DNA from: a virus
Lineage: Duplodnaviria > Caudoviricetes
Virus record (IMG/VR): IMGVR_UViG_3300021963_000154
Span: 1 to 56,328 of that record
Reading direction: 5' to 3' (one strand)
DNA: 56,328 bases
The position numbers were made by a program, and so were the translations under genes. Shown here in pieces: positions 27,753 to 37,499 of this stretch; position 1 is the stretch's first letter; the number at the start of each line of letters is the position of its first letter. Below the pieces are notes generated by a model. It saw nothing but the letters and a program-made list of their open reading frames with translations, was not told the origin of the DNA and did no database searches.

Positions 27753-30300
27753 TTGGTGCTCCTTGCGGGGGTACTTGAGGTTGAGATTGCTGCATTGCAG
27801 CCTGTTGCTGCTGTATTGCCATTTCTTGCTGCTGTTGCGCTTGAAGTTGCCGTCTTTGTGCTTCATGTTGCTGTTCAAGCGTCAGCAAATTGATGTCATG
27901 AGTGAGTTCTGCCGCTTTGATCTGCTGGTCAGCGACATTCTTCTCCTGCTTGGCTTGGGTGTCAGCCTGTAATTTAGCGCCATCAAGCTGTAATCTAGCC
28001 TGATCGTATGCCGCCTTACGCTGAGTTTCAGCCATCTGTGTCTGCACAAGCGCTTGAACCGACGGATCAGTAGGCTGTTGCTGCGCTTTAAGTTGCTGGA
28101 TGGTCTGAATCATTTGTTGCATCACAGGCATTACGCCAGAGAACTGCTGCTGGCTGTCCATGTGGACATTCTGTGAGCTTGCCGCGAGGAGCTTCTGCGC
28201 CTCTTGGATGATAGGTTGTACCTTCAGGATGTCAAACGGCTCGCTCAGGGCGTCAGAGGCGTATGCATCCATCGCATTGAGATACCAGAGCGTCAAGTGT
28301 TGCTTCAGATGCTCAAGCATTGCGGGGATGAACACAGGAGCCATGATCGGGCTTGCGCCGTACATCGGGTCTTTAGCGTAATCCAAGTGAACCTGAAGGT
28401 GTGCCAAGTGTTCTTGGCTGGGGAATGCACCGACTGGCTTGCCAAGCGTCATGGCGACATTCTCAAGCGCAGGGTTCATCTCTTTAACATCTTGCGGATC
28501 AGGTAGCACTTCATTGATATCAGGAAGCTTGATCTGCTTAAGAATTCGCTTCTCAACAGCCAAGCGATTGTATAAGTCTGGATTCGCCTGAGCGCGTGCG
28601 GCGAGGGCTTGTACCTGAGCATATCGTTGGCTCTCCGCAAAGATGTGCGGGTCAGAGACAGGCACAACATCAGAGTTCTTCTCAAAGTCCTTGGAGCTTA
28701 CGCCAAGTTCTTGACTCATCTCATCAGGATTGTCGTCCAAGTACCAACGGTTCAGGCGACCAATGATCTTCAGAACTCGTGCTTGGCTAGTATGTAAGCG
28801 TGCATGGATGGCTGAGAATACCGCCGCGCCTTGCTCAATCAACGCCTGAGTCGTTCCAACGGGGGCGTTGGAGGTAACATCCGCAATCTTCTCTTCGGCG
28901 GTCGTGACGACCCCTTTAGCCGCTCCTGTGAGCCATCCCAACAACTGGAACAGCACAGGGCTTGGCTGATTGAACGGCATCGGCATGGCAATCTTGCGCA
29001 CATCGTCCACGCCCGGTGCGCCCTCGATCTCAGTTACCTGAGTGGGTTCGACCACAATGCTCTGACCAGATATCTTGCCGCCCTTGAGCTTGAGCATCGT
29101 GGGGCTGTTGTTTATATGAGCAGAATCAAGCAAAGCCCGCAGAGCGCCAGTAAGAGCAGCAGACAGACCGCCAATAAGATGGGGCAGACCCACTGCATAA
29201 GCACCTCGCCAAGGAATGAATTTAAACTCAACGATCCAGTCGAGCTTGCTCATCAGAGCATCGCCGTCTTCCCAGTTACGGTACAGACCCACGACTTCGC
29301 TGCTCAGCTCATCGATCATCAGGATGTATGGAGCGCGTTCGCCTTTGGACTTTTGGTCGTCCTCTAGCTCCATGAATGTGTAGATGTGGAACACACGACG
29401 GATGCCATCGATGTTATCGGCTTCGCTCTTGCGACCCTCAATCTTGTTGTTTGCCTTCTCAGGCTTGGACTCTTCAGGCTCTTGACTGGCACGGTAGATG
29501 TCCAGATCGATGTATAGACCAGACGAGACACGAGCCTCAAAGTCTTCTTGCGTGATGTCATTGACTTCCGTCACACGACTGGCGGTGTAGAAGTTAGCTG
29601 CAGCAAACGGTAGGTACACATTGTCGATCGGCAGGAACTCAGCGCATGGGCGCTTCTTGCCCTCGTCGTACCATATCTTCATGTACTGTGAGCCACCGAG
29701 CGGGAGCTGGGTGAGGAGCTGCTCTTCCTCGTCACGGTACTCTTCGATCTTCTCAGTCAACTGATAGTTCATGTAGTCGCGCTTACGCTCGGCGACCATC
29801 GTCTTCTCTTCAGTCACTTCGCCCAGAATCTTGGAGCGAACGGGACCGTCAGGCGGAAACAGCTCCTTGATTGCACGGGCAGCAAAGTCCACGCAACCCT
29901 CAGCCATGATCGGATGCACAACCTTGGATGCGCCCATGAAGGATGCACCGCCGGGGGCGTCTTGCCCTAGCCCTGTACGGCGCAGTCCTTCCTCGTACTG
30001 CTTGTCACGCCCCTCACGGGCTGACTTGTCTTTCTCTACTAGCTCGATGTACTTGATCGCAATTTTGGATAGATCATACGAATCGATCGACTCTGCGAGG
30101 TTCTCGTAAAAGTCGGGTGACTCGTCCGGTCCGAGCAAATCCTCATCCAGACGCACGATAGCTGAGCCGTCGTCTTGCTCCTCTACATCAGCCTGATCGA
30201 ACAGATCGACCTCAGCCGTGTTAGCAAACTCGCTGTCGCCATGCGCTTCGGGTGCTACGAATCGGTTGTAGTCTTGCGGGATCGGCATTTGAGTAGCCAT
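27745..30300 (-). CDS. Portal protein (podoviral, long Q-rich C-terminal barrel)
   Basis: 851 aa; VVHPIMAE..V.F.ARA..ELFP..GPV, YMNYQL, LPLGGS..K, PVGTT.AL.E.G. Confidence 0.88.
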   Translation of the reverse strand: MATQMPIPQDYNRFVAPEAHGDSEFANTAEVDLFDQADVEEQDDGSAIVRLDEDLLGPDESPDFYENLAESIDSYDLSKIAIKYIELVEKDKSAREGRDKQYEEGLRRTGLGQDAPGGASFMGASKVVHPIMAEGCVDFAARAIKELFPPDGPVRSKILGEVTEEKTMVAERKRDYMNYQLTEKIEEYRDEEEQLLTQLPLGGSQYMKIWYDEGKKRPCAEFLPIDNVYLPFAAANFYTASRVTEVNDITQEDFEARVSSGLYIDLDIYRASQEPEESKPEKANNKIEGRKSEADNIDGIRRVFHIYTFMELEDDQKSKGERAPYILMIDELSSEVVGLYRNWEDGDALMSKLDWIVEFKFIPWRGAYAVGLPHLIGGLSAALTGALRALLDSAHINNSPTMLKLKGGKISGQSIVVEPTQVTEIEGAPGVDDVRKIAMPMPFNQPSPVLFQLLGWLTGAAKGVVTTAEEKIADVTSNAPVGTTQALIEQGAAVFSAIHARLHTSQARVLKIIGRLNRWYLDDNPDEMSQELGVSSKDFEKNSDVVPVSDPHIFAESQRYAQVQALAARAQANPDLYNRLAVEKRILKQIKLPDINEVLPDPQDVKEMNPALENVAMTLGKPVGAFPSQEHLAHLQVHLDYAKDPMYGASPIMAPVFIPAMLEHLKQHLTLWYLNAMDAYASDALSEPFDILKVQPIIQEAQKLLAASSQNVHMDSQQQFSGVMPVMQQMIQTIQQLKAQQQPTDPSVQALVQTQMAETQRKAAYDQARLQLDGAKLQADTQAKQEKNVADQQIKAAELTHDINLLTLEQQHEAQRRQLQAQQQQEMAIQQQQAAMQQSQPQVPPQGAPNV

Positions 30301-30302
30301 AG

Positions 30303-33300
30303 TTAGCCTTTAGATAGTGCTAGACGCATAGCGTCGATGTTGTTGGCGAATTGTACTTTGCCGCCGCGCTTCATGTGAATGCCTTCCTTAAACGCCTCAC
30401 GCATCGCTGGAGTGATCTCCATGTAATGCAGGGGTTCTGAGCCGATGCCAAGGAACTTCAACGCTTCGGCATATGTATTAAATTCTTTGGTGTCACGACC
30501 TTGTCCTGTGTAGGCATAATACTTGCCGACATCTTTAAAAATCCTGTCCGTAGAAGGCTCAGTTTGCACAGAGGTCATACCAACATTTGCGCCATACTTC
30601 TTGCCAAACTTCTTGAGGTAGCCGGGATATATCTCGTCGTAATACTTCTTCATGCCCTTGCCGCCGACCTGAAGATCGAGACCAGTCAAAGACTTGACCA
30701 CTCCAACGCCAAGCTCGTCTGCAATGTCAGCATCGTATTGTGCTTTGCCTTCGTCCCCAACAATTTTCTTAGCAACATCTTTGCCGACAAGACCAGACAG
30801 CTCGTTCTCATCCAGTCTCTCTTTTGAGAACACCTCTTTGCCGCCCTTGATGGCAGACATGCTGTATGTGCCGTCATCGTTTTTGTTGTAGTCAATCCGA
30901 TCAATCTGCTTGCTCAGGTCAAACCGTTCAGCCACCCTTGCACCAGTTGGCAGCGCCACACGGTCGTAACCGCCGTCAATCGCTTCTTTGATGGCACGCT
31001 TGAGGGCTAGTTGATACCAGTCGTCTTTGAAGGGGGCGTCAGGTACGCCAGCAATTTTTTGGCGTTTTGCCCAGCTTTCATATTCAGTGGATAAATTATC
31101 CAATCGTTGACCACGAATATTTTCATTTGTTCCTTGCTCTGCACGCTCCCAACGAGAAAGGAAATCTTTCAAGTAGTCTTTTTGTCCAGAGCTTAATTTG
31201 TCACCATAATCCAAGAGCAACTCATCGGCGCTCATGGCTGGCATGTCAATATCGTTCTTGTACCCCTGCTCCCGCCCTGCCTGATGCCAGTCAGACTGCA
31301 CCTCATCGACGAGCAGCGTCTTCTTGCCATCCGTCACACGGTCGCTCATGCGCAGGTGAGCGAGGGGGTTGGCTTCGTCCCAATGGGAGGATTGGTAGTT
31401 GTTATAGCCGCCCATACCGTCACGAGCTTCTCTCTCTGTGCGGAACATTGCTGTGTCACCATCTTTGTATGTAACACGCCAATATCCAGAATCTGTTTTA
31501 CTAAGTGTGGCTCCCTCTAAAGGCTTGACGGGAAGCGTCAGCACAATCTCACGGTAGTTTTCACCGCCGGGAAGTTGGTATTGTTGAAACTTTGTAATGT
31601 TGGTGTTGGCGTATTCATCAACTATTTTTTTTGCGTCAGGATTGCCTTGTCTAGCCAGTGTTACAACATTATTAGCATCATCCTCAGACATTCCTCTTTG
31701 CATGGCAAATTTATTGATAGACGGCTTATCTTGATACACCGCCTCACCCAACTGAATCTTGTTCTTGGCGATGTAGTCCTGCACCTCAGCCGCTGTCACA
31801 TCCTTCTTGCCCTTGAGCCACTCATCCAAGCCCATAGCGTTGATCTCATCGGGGCGGACATTCTCTTGCTTCAAGAGGTCATTCAGGAACGCCTGACCGC
31901 TTCCTGACTTGCGCGGAAGGTTCAGTGCGGCAGCCTCGGTCGGTGAGTAGAAGCCTTGTGGATTGGCGGGGGCGAGGACTCGTGGGGTCACATCCTTGAT
32001 GGACATCCCAATCTGAGGAATGCGACCTGACTCATACCCTAGCCTGACCGCATCGTCGATCTTAGAGACTATCGGGGCGACCTTACCAACCACATCGCCA
32101 GTTACCGATCCAAGCGTCGGATAGCCCTGTGTAACCCCACGCTGGGCATTAAAGAAGTCGTTGGGGAACTGACCGACATCACGAGCAATCCCTTCCTTGA
32201 TCGTGCTCAGACCTCGTGGGACGCGATGTAGCCTTCCGGTCTGACCGATGATACCCATCGTTGGGTCGAGACCGTAGCTCGATCCTATGACCGCCTGTGC
32301 AGCCTCATCCGCAGCACCTAGCGCCTTCAGTGTTCCGCCAAGGAATGTGCTTCCCATCAATGCCGCCATTGCGTTCTGACCAAAGTCACCAGCGGTCTTG
32401 GGGCTGGTTACATAGCCCTTCCTCGCGGCTTGATCTTCAATGAAGTCCTTGCCCGACATCCAGCTAGGCTTGATCCCTGCTTCGAGCTGCTTCTCGACCT
32501 TATCGATCTCGATGTCATGCATCGTCTTTGGGAACGGCACTGACTTGCCAGCCGCATCAACCATCGGAACGCCGAACTCTGTGTAGGCTTGCGACGATGG
32601 CTTCCTGTTGAGGCTGAACAGGTCTTTATTCTGCTCATACATCTCGGGCGATGTGATTGCGTCACCCGCATCAAGCGACAAACGAGCTGGGTCTGCCATG
32701 CGTCGTGCGTTGGCGATCTGCTCATTGACATCGGTCGTGGGCTTGAGCGTTGGCTGGTTAGCCAGCTCCAAGCGAATCTGATCCATGACCGCCTGATCTA
32801 CGATCTCGTCGGGATCGCCGCCATCCTTCATGTGGACAGCGCCGCCTTGTGCGTACAGATCGGGAAGTTGAACCATTTTTCTTCTTATTTCTTGTTGCGC
32901 AACATCATCCCAATACTGTTCAGGCTTGACCTTGTTGTCAGTCAGCGCCATTTCTTTTCTTATCGCATCAATGTATTCCGCTTGCGATCGGCGTGGGAAT
33001 GGCTCACGCAACTCAGCCCTCGGCTGAAACTCAACCAAAGACGAAGTAATACCACTATCGGCAAGAGAGCGGCTACGGTGTCTGCCTTCATGACCAGTAA
33101 TCCACGGCAACTGAACTTCGCCCGCAACGCCCTTATTTACTAACAGATATGGAACCTGATCAAATCCACCAACACCTTGCAAATATTTGACATAGTCCTC
33201 TGTAGACATATCGTGTTTGTCTTTATTACCACCTACCTTGGTAGTAGGATTTAACTCAAGCGGTCTTGCAAACTTCTCAAAGTCCGCAGGGTTCATCGTC

Positions 33301-34352
33301 ATCAGCGCACGGGCATTATCCCCACTGAAGGCGCTGCGCAATGCATCCTGCGTGTACATCTCGCCCAGTCTGGGGATTTCGTCTGCGGCACGCTGAACTC
33401 TTCGCTCACCATACGAGCCTTCACGGTTCTTGATGTATTCAGCCAGCTCGGAGATACCACTGCGGGTCATGATGCTGGGGGCTTCGACCTTGGGAAGCAT
33501 CCTGTTCGCCAGCTTGCGACCTGCACCACCACCAGCCATATGGACAGCGCCGCCGCTCTTCATGCCAAGCTGACGACGGACTTCCTCAAACGGAACTTGC
33601 GCCTGCTCGAACACGGCAGGAGGCTTGACTGCTCCGCCTTCTGCCTTCGTGATGTCAGGATTGGATGTGTCGTATGTGCCTTCGTTTCCGATGGCGGACT
33701 TAACTGCATTGGGGTTATACACACCAAGGTTCTTCACACCTTTTTCTTTGGCGTAAAAAGAATCATGCCCAAGCTCTTTGATTGACTCTTGGATTTCTGG
33801 GTTTTCAATTGACGTCCAGTTGCTTTCAGTCTTTGGGTTGCCTAAATGTTTTATGTACTCAACTATTGCATCGTCATCAATATCATTTGGTCGATGCTCA
33901 ATTAAATATGACCTTAGATTTTCAATATGCTTTGGGTTTTCATAATCGAATGGGTTCTTTGCCTGAACATACATTGGGTATATTGCAGGTCTTGCGAGTG
34001 GATCTGGGGTAATCGTTCCAGAAAATTTGTTTGCAAATTCATAGCTTGGAGTCATGAATAATGCATTTGCTGTCGGGTCTGAATACGAACCCATTTTGTT
34101 TAAATCGTCTGGTAGTTTAAAACTTGAGATGCCTTCGTCTGGAGCTGTTTTTACATAGCCCATGTCATCATCATAATAATGAGGGCTGGCATGATACATC
34201 CGATCTTTGATTGCGCTTCCTTCAAGCATCTTACCCAGATTCGCATCACGCTCAGCTTTAGGCATCACGCCCCGTGCGCGATCGACCGCCATCTCCATCT
34301 TCATCTGGGATGGAGTCTTGACCTTGGGTGCTTTAATTCCTGCCATAGCCAC
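30303..34352 (-). CDS. Polyvalent multidomain protein: ART-like, ParB-like and large EVQSDW domains
   Basis: MYHAS...FMTP...YPMYV..KNPFD...GHD...YNPNAVKSAIGN.G.YD..NPDI (ART-PolyVal-like); GHEGRHR (ParB/Srx-like); LPGGENYRE, SHW, DEVQSDWHQ, PDAPFK; domains separated by xAxGG/xKxGG linkers. Confidence 0.7.
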   Translation of the reverse strand: MAMAGIKAPKVKTPSQMKMEMAVDRARGVMPKAERDANLGKMLEGSAIKDRMYHASPHYYDDDMGYVKTAPDEGISSFKLPDDLNKMGSYSDPTANALFMTPSYEFANKFSGTITPDPLARPAIYPMYVQAKNPFDYENPKHIENLRSYLIEHRPNDIDDDAIVEYIKHLGNPKTESNWTSIENPEIQESIKELGHDSFYAKEKGVKNLGVYNPNAVKSAIGNEGTYDTSNPDITKAEGGAVKPPAVFEQAQVPFEEVRRQLGMKSGGAVHMAGGGAGRKLANRMLPKVEAPSIMTRSGISELAEYIKNREGSYGERRVQRAADEIPRLGEMYTQDALRSAFSGDNARALMTMNPADFEKFARPLELNPTTKVGGNKDKHDMSTEDYVKYLQGVGGFDQVPYLLVNKGVAGEVQLPWITGHEGRHRSRSLADSGITSSLVEFQPRAELREPFPRRSQAEYIDAIRKEMALTDNKVKPEQYWDDVAQQEIRRKMVQLPDLYAQGGAVHMKDGGDPDEIVDQAVMDQIRLELANQPTLKPTTDVNEQIANARRMADPARLSLDAGDAITSPEMYEQNKDLFSLNRKPSSQAYTEFGVPMVDAAGKSVPFPKTMHDIEIDKVEKQLEAGIKPSWMSGKDFIEDQAARKGYVTSPKTAGDFGQNAMAALMGSTFLGGTLKALGAADEAAQAVIGSSYGLDPTMGIIGQTGRLHRVPRGLSTIKEGIARDVGQFPNDFFNAQRGVTQGYPTLGSVTGDVVGKVAPIVSKIDDAVRLGYESGRIPQIGMSIKDVTPRVLAPANPQGFYSPTEAAALNLPRKSGSGQAFLNDLLKQENVRPDEINAMGLDEWLKGKKDVTAAEVQDYIAKNKIQLGEAVYQDKPSINKFAMQRGMSEDDANNVVTLARQGNPDAKKIVDEYANTNITKFQQYQLPGGENYREIVLTLPVKPLEGATLSKTDSGYWRVTYKDGDTAMFRTEREARDGMGGYNNYQSSHWDEANPLAHLRMSDRVTDGKKTLLVDEVQSDWHQAGREQGYKNDIDMPAMSADELLLDYGDKLSSGQKDYLKDFLSRWERAEQGTNENIRGQRLDNLSTEYESWAKRQKIAGVPDAPFKDDWYQLALKRAIKEAIDGGYDRVALPTGARVAERFDLSKQIDRIDYNKNDDGTYSMSAIKGGKEVFSKERLDENELSGLVGKDVAKKIVGDEGKAQYDADIADELGVGVVKSLTGLDLQVGGKGMKKYYDEIYPGYLKKFGKKYGANVGMTSVQTEPSTDRIFKDVGKYYAYTGQGRDTKEFNTYAEALKFLGIGSEPLHYMEITPAMREAFKEGIHMKRGGKVQFANNIDAMRLALSKG

Positions 34353-36057
34353 GCTCCATCATCTCGATCAGCATCTCTTCGGGAGATGGGTGAACAGCGC
34401 CGCCATGCTTCTTGACGACCTCTAAGCTCTCAGGCTTAATGATCTTGAACCACTCGTCGCGTCCGCCTGTTCCTGTCGCTGGGCGCTGGTAACCCCAGAA
34501 CCCGCCAGCCTCGGTGATGCCGGGCATCATGCGATCCATCGGCTGCTTGTTCGCTGACAGGAGGTCGTATATCTCCTCCCCAGTCATGCCTGTGTCCGCA
34601 GGTAAGCGGTTCCAGTACCGACGCATCTGGTTGACTTGCTCAGCCGTGTATGGCGTCTCGTCCATCCGCAGGAGCTTCTCTTCAGGGATGTCGTAACGAT
34701 TCACCATCGGCGGACCCTCCAACCCCAACTGACCCAGCTTATCCGAGCCGCGCTTGGTTGCGTACAAAGAGTCGGTCGTCACATGCAGGGGGCGCTCGTT
34801 GGTTGGCTTAATCTTCACAGGGCTGCCGTGCATGATACGCATCTTCCCGCCACCTGCCATTCGCTGCGGCTGGTTCATCAGCGCCAAGTTCGCCAAGTCC
34901 ATGTCCAGCATTCTGTATGCCTCAGGATCGGTAATCGTGTTCTTGATCGCCTCTTCGGGGGCGGATGTAACCATGCCACCGTCTGCCTTGCCGATCCTTG
35001 CCTCGCCCATCATGACTAAGTCGCGTGCCGTCTCAGGACTGACGCCGAGCCTACGAGCCGTATCCATTATCTGGTCGGCAATCATCTCTAGCTTGGGCGA
35101 TCCGATCGGTGTCGTCACCCCTGTCTGACCTGAGAACGCGCCCCATGTCCGAGCCTGCGCAGGGACAGACTCAATGCCGAGCTGCTCAGCGATCTTCTCT
35201 CGCCACCAAGGAGCGAGCTGTGTCATCTCAGGGTTGCTCACGCTTGCACCGAAGTTCTTCGATGTGCGTGTGTCGCCAAGACCAACAGCCCGCGACCAGT
35301 GCGCGTCACCAACTGGCGTGCGTGTCTGGAATCCAGTGTCAGGAACGCCGCTCGACTCAATGTAGAGCGGTACTTTCGGCGTGGTCATGGTGAACTCGCC
35401 GCTCTTCAGGTATTTGTCCATCGGCTCGGCTTGAGCGGTTCGGTGGTAGACATGACCCGGCACACCGATGATGTCCTCCGCCACTCCCGCAGCCTTGCGC
35501 CCCTTCTGAGGGATCGCTACGGACTCCATGAACTCGGGCCAGCGACCCTGCTTGTTCAGGAAGTAAGCCGCCGATCCTCGTGGAATCTCCGTCATGACCT
35601 CACTGCCCGGCGATGCCATCCCAGATAGGATGTTCATCTTTGTGTACTCTTCGATCGCCTTGTCTTTGCCCATCAGCTCAACCATGCGCTGGTAGAACGG
35701 ATCCATCACATACCACGGATCCATCCCACGCACGAGCTCTGGGAACTTCGTCGCCTCGGCGTTCACATCCAGAATGCGCTGCACATTCTTGGGTGTCATG
35801 ATCTTCTCTGCTGCCTCTGACCCTCTTGGGTTGGCTGCCGCACCGGGGAGCGCCCCCGGCAAGTTCCCCTCTCTGCTATTGACAATGTCCTGAAGGTCAG
35901 CCCTCGTGACACCGAACAGCCGCTTGAGGTTTGGGCTTTCTGGTGCAACCCTCGATGCAGCCTCTGCCGCTATCTTTGCTGGATTGTCGTAGATACCCGG
36001 AAACGCTATGCGCTCAGGTGATTTAACAGTGGGTCTTACCTTTGGTGGTTTTGCCAT
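34333..36057 (-). CDS. Polyvalent protein: HhH-glycosylase-like domain plus small ART-like domain
   Basis: WY...ASP...PKV...VGDAHW...IAEQLGI...AQARTW; then HGSP...LHVTTDSLYA; KADGG, MAGGG and KKHGG linkers. Confidence 0.55.
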   Translation of the reverse strand: MAKPPKVRPTVKSPERIAFPGIYDNPAKIAAEAASRVAPESPNLKRLFGVTRADLQDIVNSREGNLPGALPGAAANPRGSEAAEKIMTPKNVQRILDVNAEATKFPELVRGMDPWYVMDPFYQRMVELMGKDKAIEEYTKMNILSGMASPGSEVMTEIPRGSAAYFLNKQGRWPEFMESVAIPQKGRKAAGVAEDIIGVPGHVYHRTAQAEPMDKYLKSGEFTMTTPKVPLYIESSGVPDTGFQTRTPVGDAHWSRAVGLGDTRTSKNFGASVSNPEMTQLAPWWREKIAEQLGIESVPAQARTWGAFSGQTGVTTPIGSPKLEMIADQIMDTARRLGVSPETARDLVMMGEARIGKADGGMVTSAPEEAIKNTITDPEAYRMLDMDLANLALMNQPQRMAGGGKMRIMHGSPVKIKPTNERPLHVTTDSLYATKRGSDKLGQLGLEGPPMVNRYDIPEEKLLRMDETPYTAEQVNQMRRYWNRLPADTGMTGEEIYDLLSANKQPMDRMMPGITEAGGFWGYQRPATGTGGRDEWFKIIKPESLEVVKKHGGAVHPSPEEMLIEMMERGYGRN

Positions 36058-36059
36058 GA

Positions 36060-37499
36060 TCACGCCGCATATGGGTTCACCCGCTTGATGCGGGTATCGT
36101 CAACATAATCATTATCGTCGTAATGAGGTGCTGGGTCAATATCTAAGAAGCCAGCGTCCCTCAGGTATCGCAGGGCTTGGCTCATCGTATCTACATAGTC
36201 GTCATGGCTGGTCTCAGGGAATGCACACACCTGTTGCACGAACGGCTCGACCCAGTCCCTCACATAGCCCTTCTTCTTCGTGGACTCAGGCAGGTACACC
36301 CGCCCCGCTGCGATGATGTTCGATATCAGGTGGACACGCTGCACCTTGTCGAGCTTGCCGGGGTTATAGCCACGCACCTGAACATGCGCACGCCCTAAGT
36401 CCTGAATGAGTGACTGACCGCTCGCCTTCTCCTCGATCAGCACGAGATCGACCCGCTTGCCCGGCTCGCCGTACACCGCCGTGTAGTCCTCCAGCAGCTT
36501 GGGCTTCAAGTCAGGATAAGCCAGATGCTCTGACCAGCAGTCCAGAAGCATCGCACACAGCGGACGATCTAGCGGCTTGAATATCCCCCAGACCGAGCAC
36601 GCAGTCGGATCACCAGTCGTGCGCTCGGTGAACGCAGTGTCATAGCTCTGCAGGACATACTCAAACTGAGGGAACTCCCGCTCTGCGGGCCAGAGCCGGA
36701 ACCAGTCACGATTGATAATGCCACCTTCCTCAGGATCGATGATCTCAGCGTAAATTTCTTGCCTACCAATCTTCGTGCCTTCATAGCTGAGAATCTGCTC
36801 CCTGAATGATGGTGCTAGGTTATCGATGTTCGAGTATGTCGAAGCCGTCGTGACCACCACATTGTCGCCATCACGCCCGATCAGCTCCATAATCAGCTCT
36901 TTGGGCTTGGGGGTCGTCGTTGCAAGTATCCTTGTGTGGTCGCCCAGACGCACGGAGAACATGATCATGTCCCACGCCTCCCTGAGGTACTCCCAAGCCG
37001 CTAACTCATCGAGCCATGCCCCGTGGTACTGTCCGCCACGAAAGCGCTCTGGCTCAGAGCTGGGGACGCCCTTGATCAGCGAGCCATTGGTCAGCTTGAT
37101 CTCGTGGTACGACTTGTTGTAGTCCTTGATCAGCTCTCGCGGGATCACGCTCAGTAGTCCCGAATCGCCCTCAAAGCATGTCGAGCGGACATCAGCCGAT
37201 GTGGGGGCGGAGACCAGCCATCTACTATTAGGCGTCGTCCACGCCCACCAGCCTATCTGCTCAGCCGCCACCCTTGTCTTGCCAGCGCCACGACCAGCCA
37301 GCAGGAGCCAGATCGACCACCAGTCGCCCGAAGGTAGTATCTGGTGCTGATGCGCCGCTGACAGCCATTTAAGCCGCCAGTCGAACGCAATCTTCTGCTC
37401 AACTGGGGCGGTTTCGTACTCTTTCAGGAAGTCTGGGCTTTTCAGTAGCTCGATCGTATCCGACACGGCACTGGCAACGTTGCCACTAATCTTCTTCAT
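36060..37499 (-). CDS. terL: Terminase large subunit
   Basis: Walker A LAGRGAGKT, Walker B AWLDELAAW, TTTP, nuclease SYDTA, IEEKASG, HDDYVD. Confidence 0.95.
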   Translation of the reverse strand: MKKISGNVASAVSDTIELLKSPDFLKEYETAPVEQKIAFDWRLKWLSAAHQHQILPSGDWWSIWLLLAGRGAGKTRVAAEQIGWWAWTTPNSRWLVSAPTSADVRSTCFEGDSGLLSVIPRELIKDYNKSYHEIKLTNGSLIKGVPSSEPERFRGGQYHGAWLDELAAWEYLREAWDMIMFSVRLGDHTRILATTTPKPKELIMELIGRDGDNVVVTTASTYSNIDNLAPSFREQILSYEGTKIGRQEIYAEIIDPEEGGIINRDWFRLWPAEREFPQFEYVLQSYDTAFTERTTGDPTACSVWGIFKPLDRPLCAMLLDCWSEHLAYPDLKPKLLEDYTAVYGEPGKRVDLVLIEEKASGQSLIQDLGRAHVQVRGYNPGKLDKVQRVHLISNIIAAGRVYLPESTKKKGYVRDWVEPFVQQVCAFPETSHDDYVDTMSQALRYLRDAGFLDIDPAPHYDDNDYVDDTRIKRVNPYAA

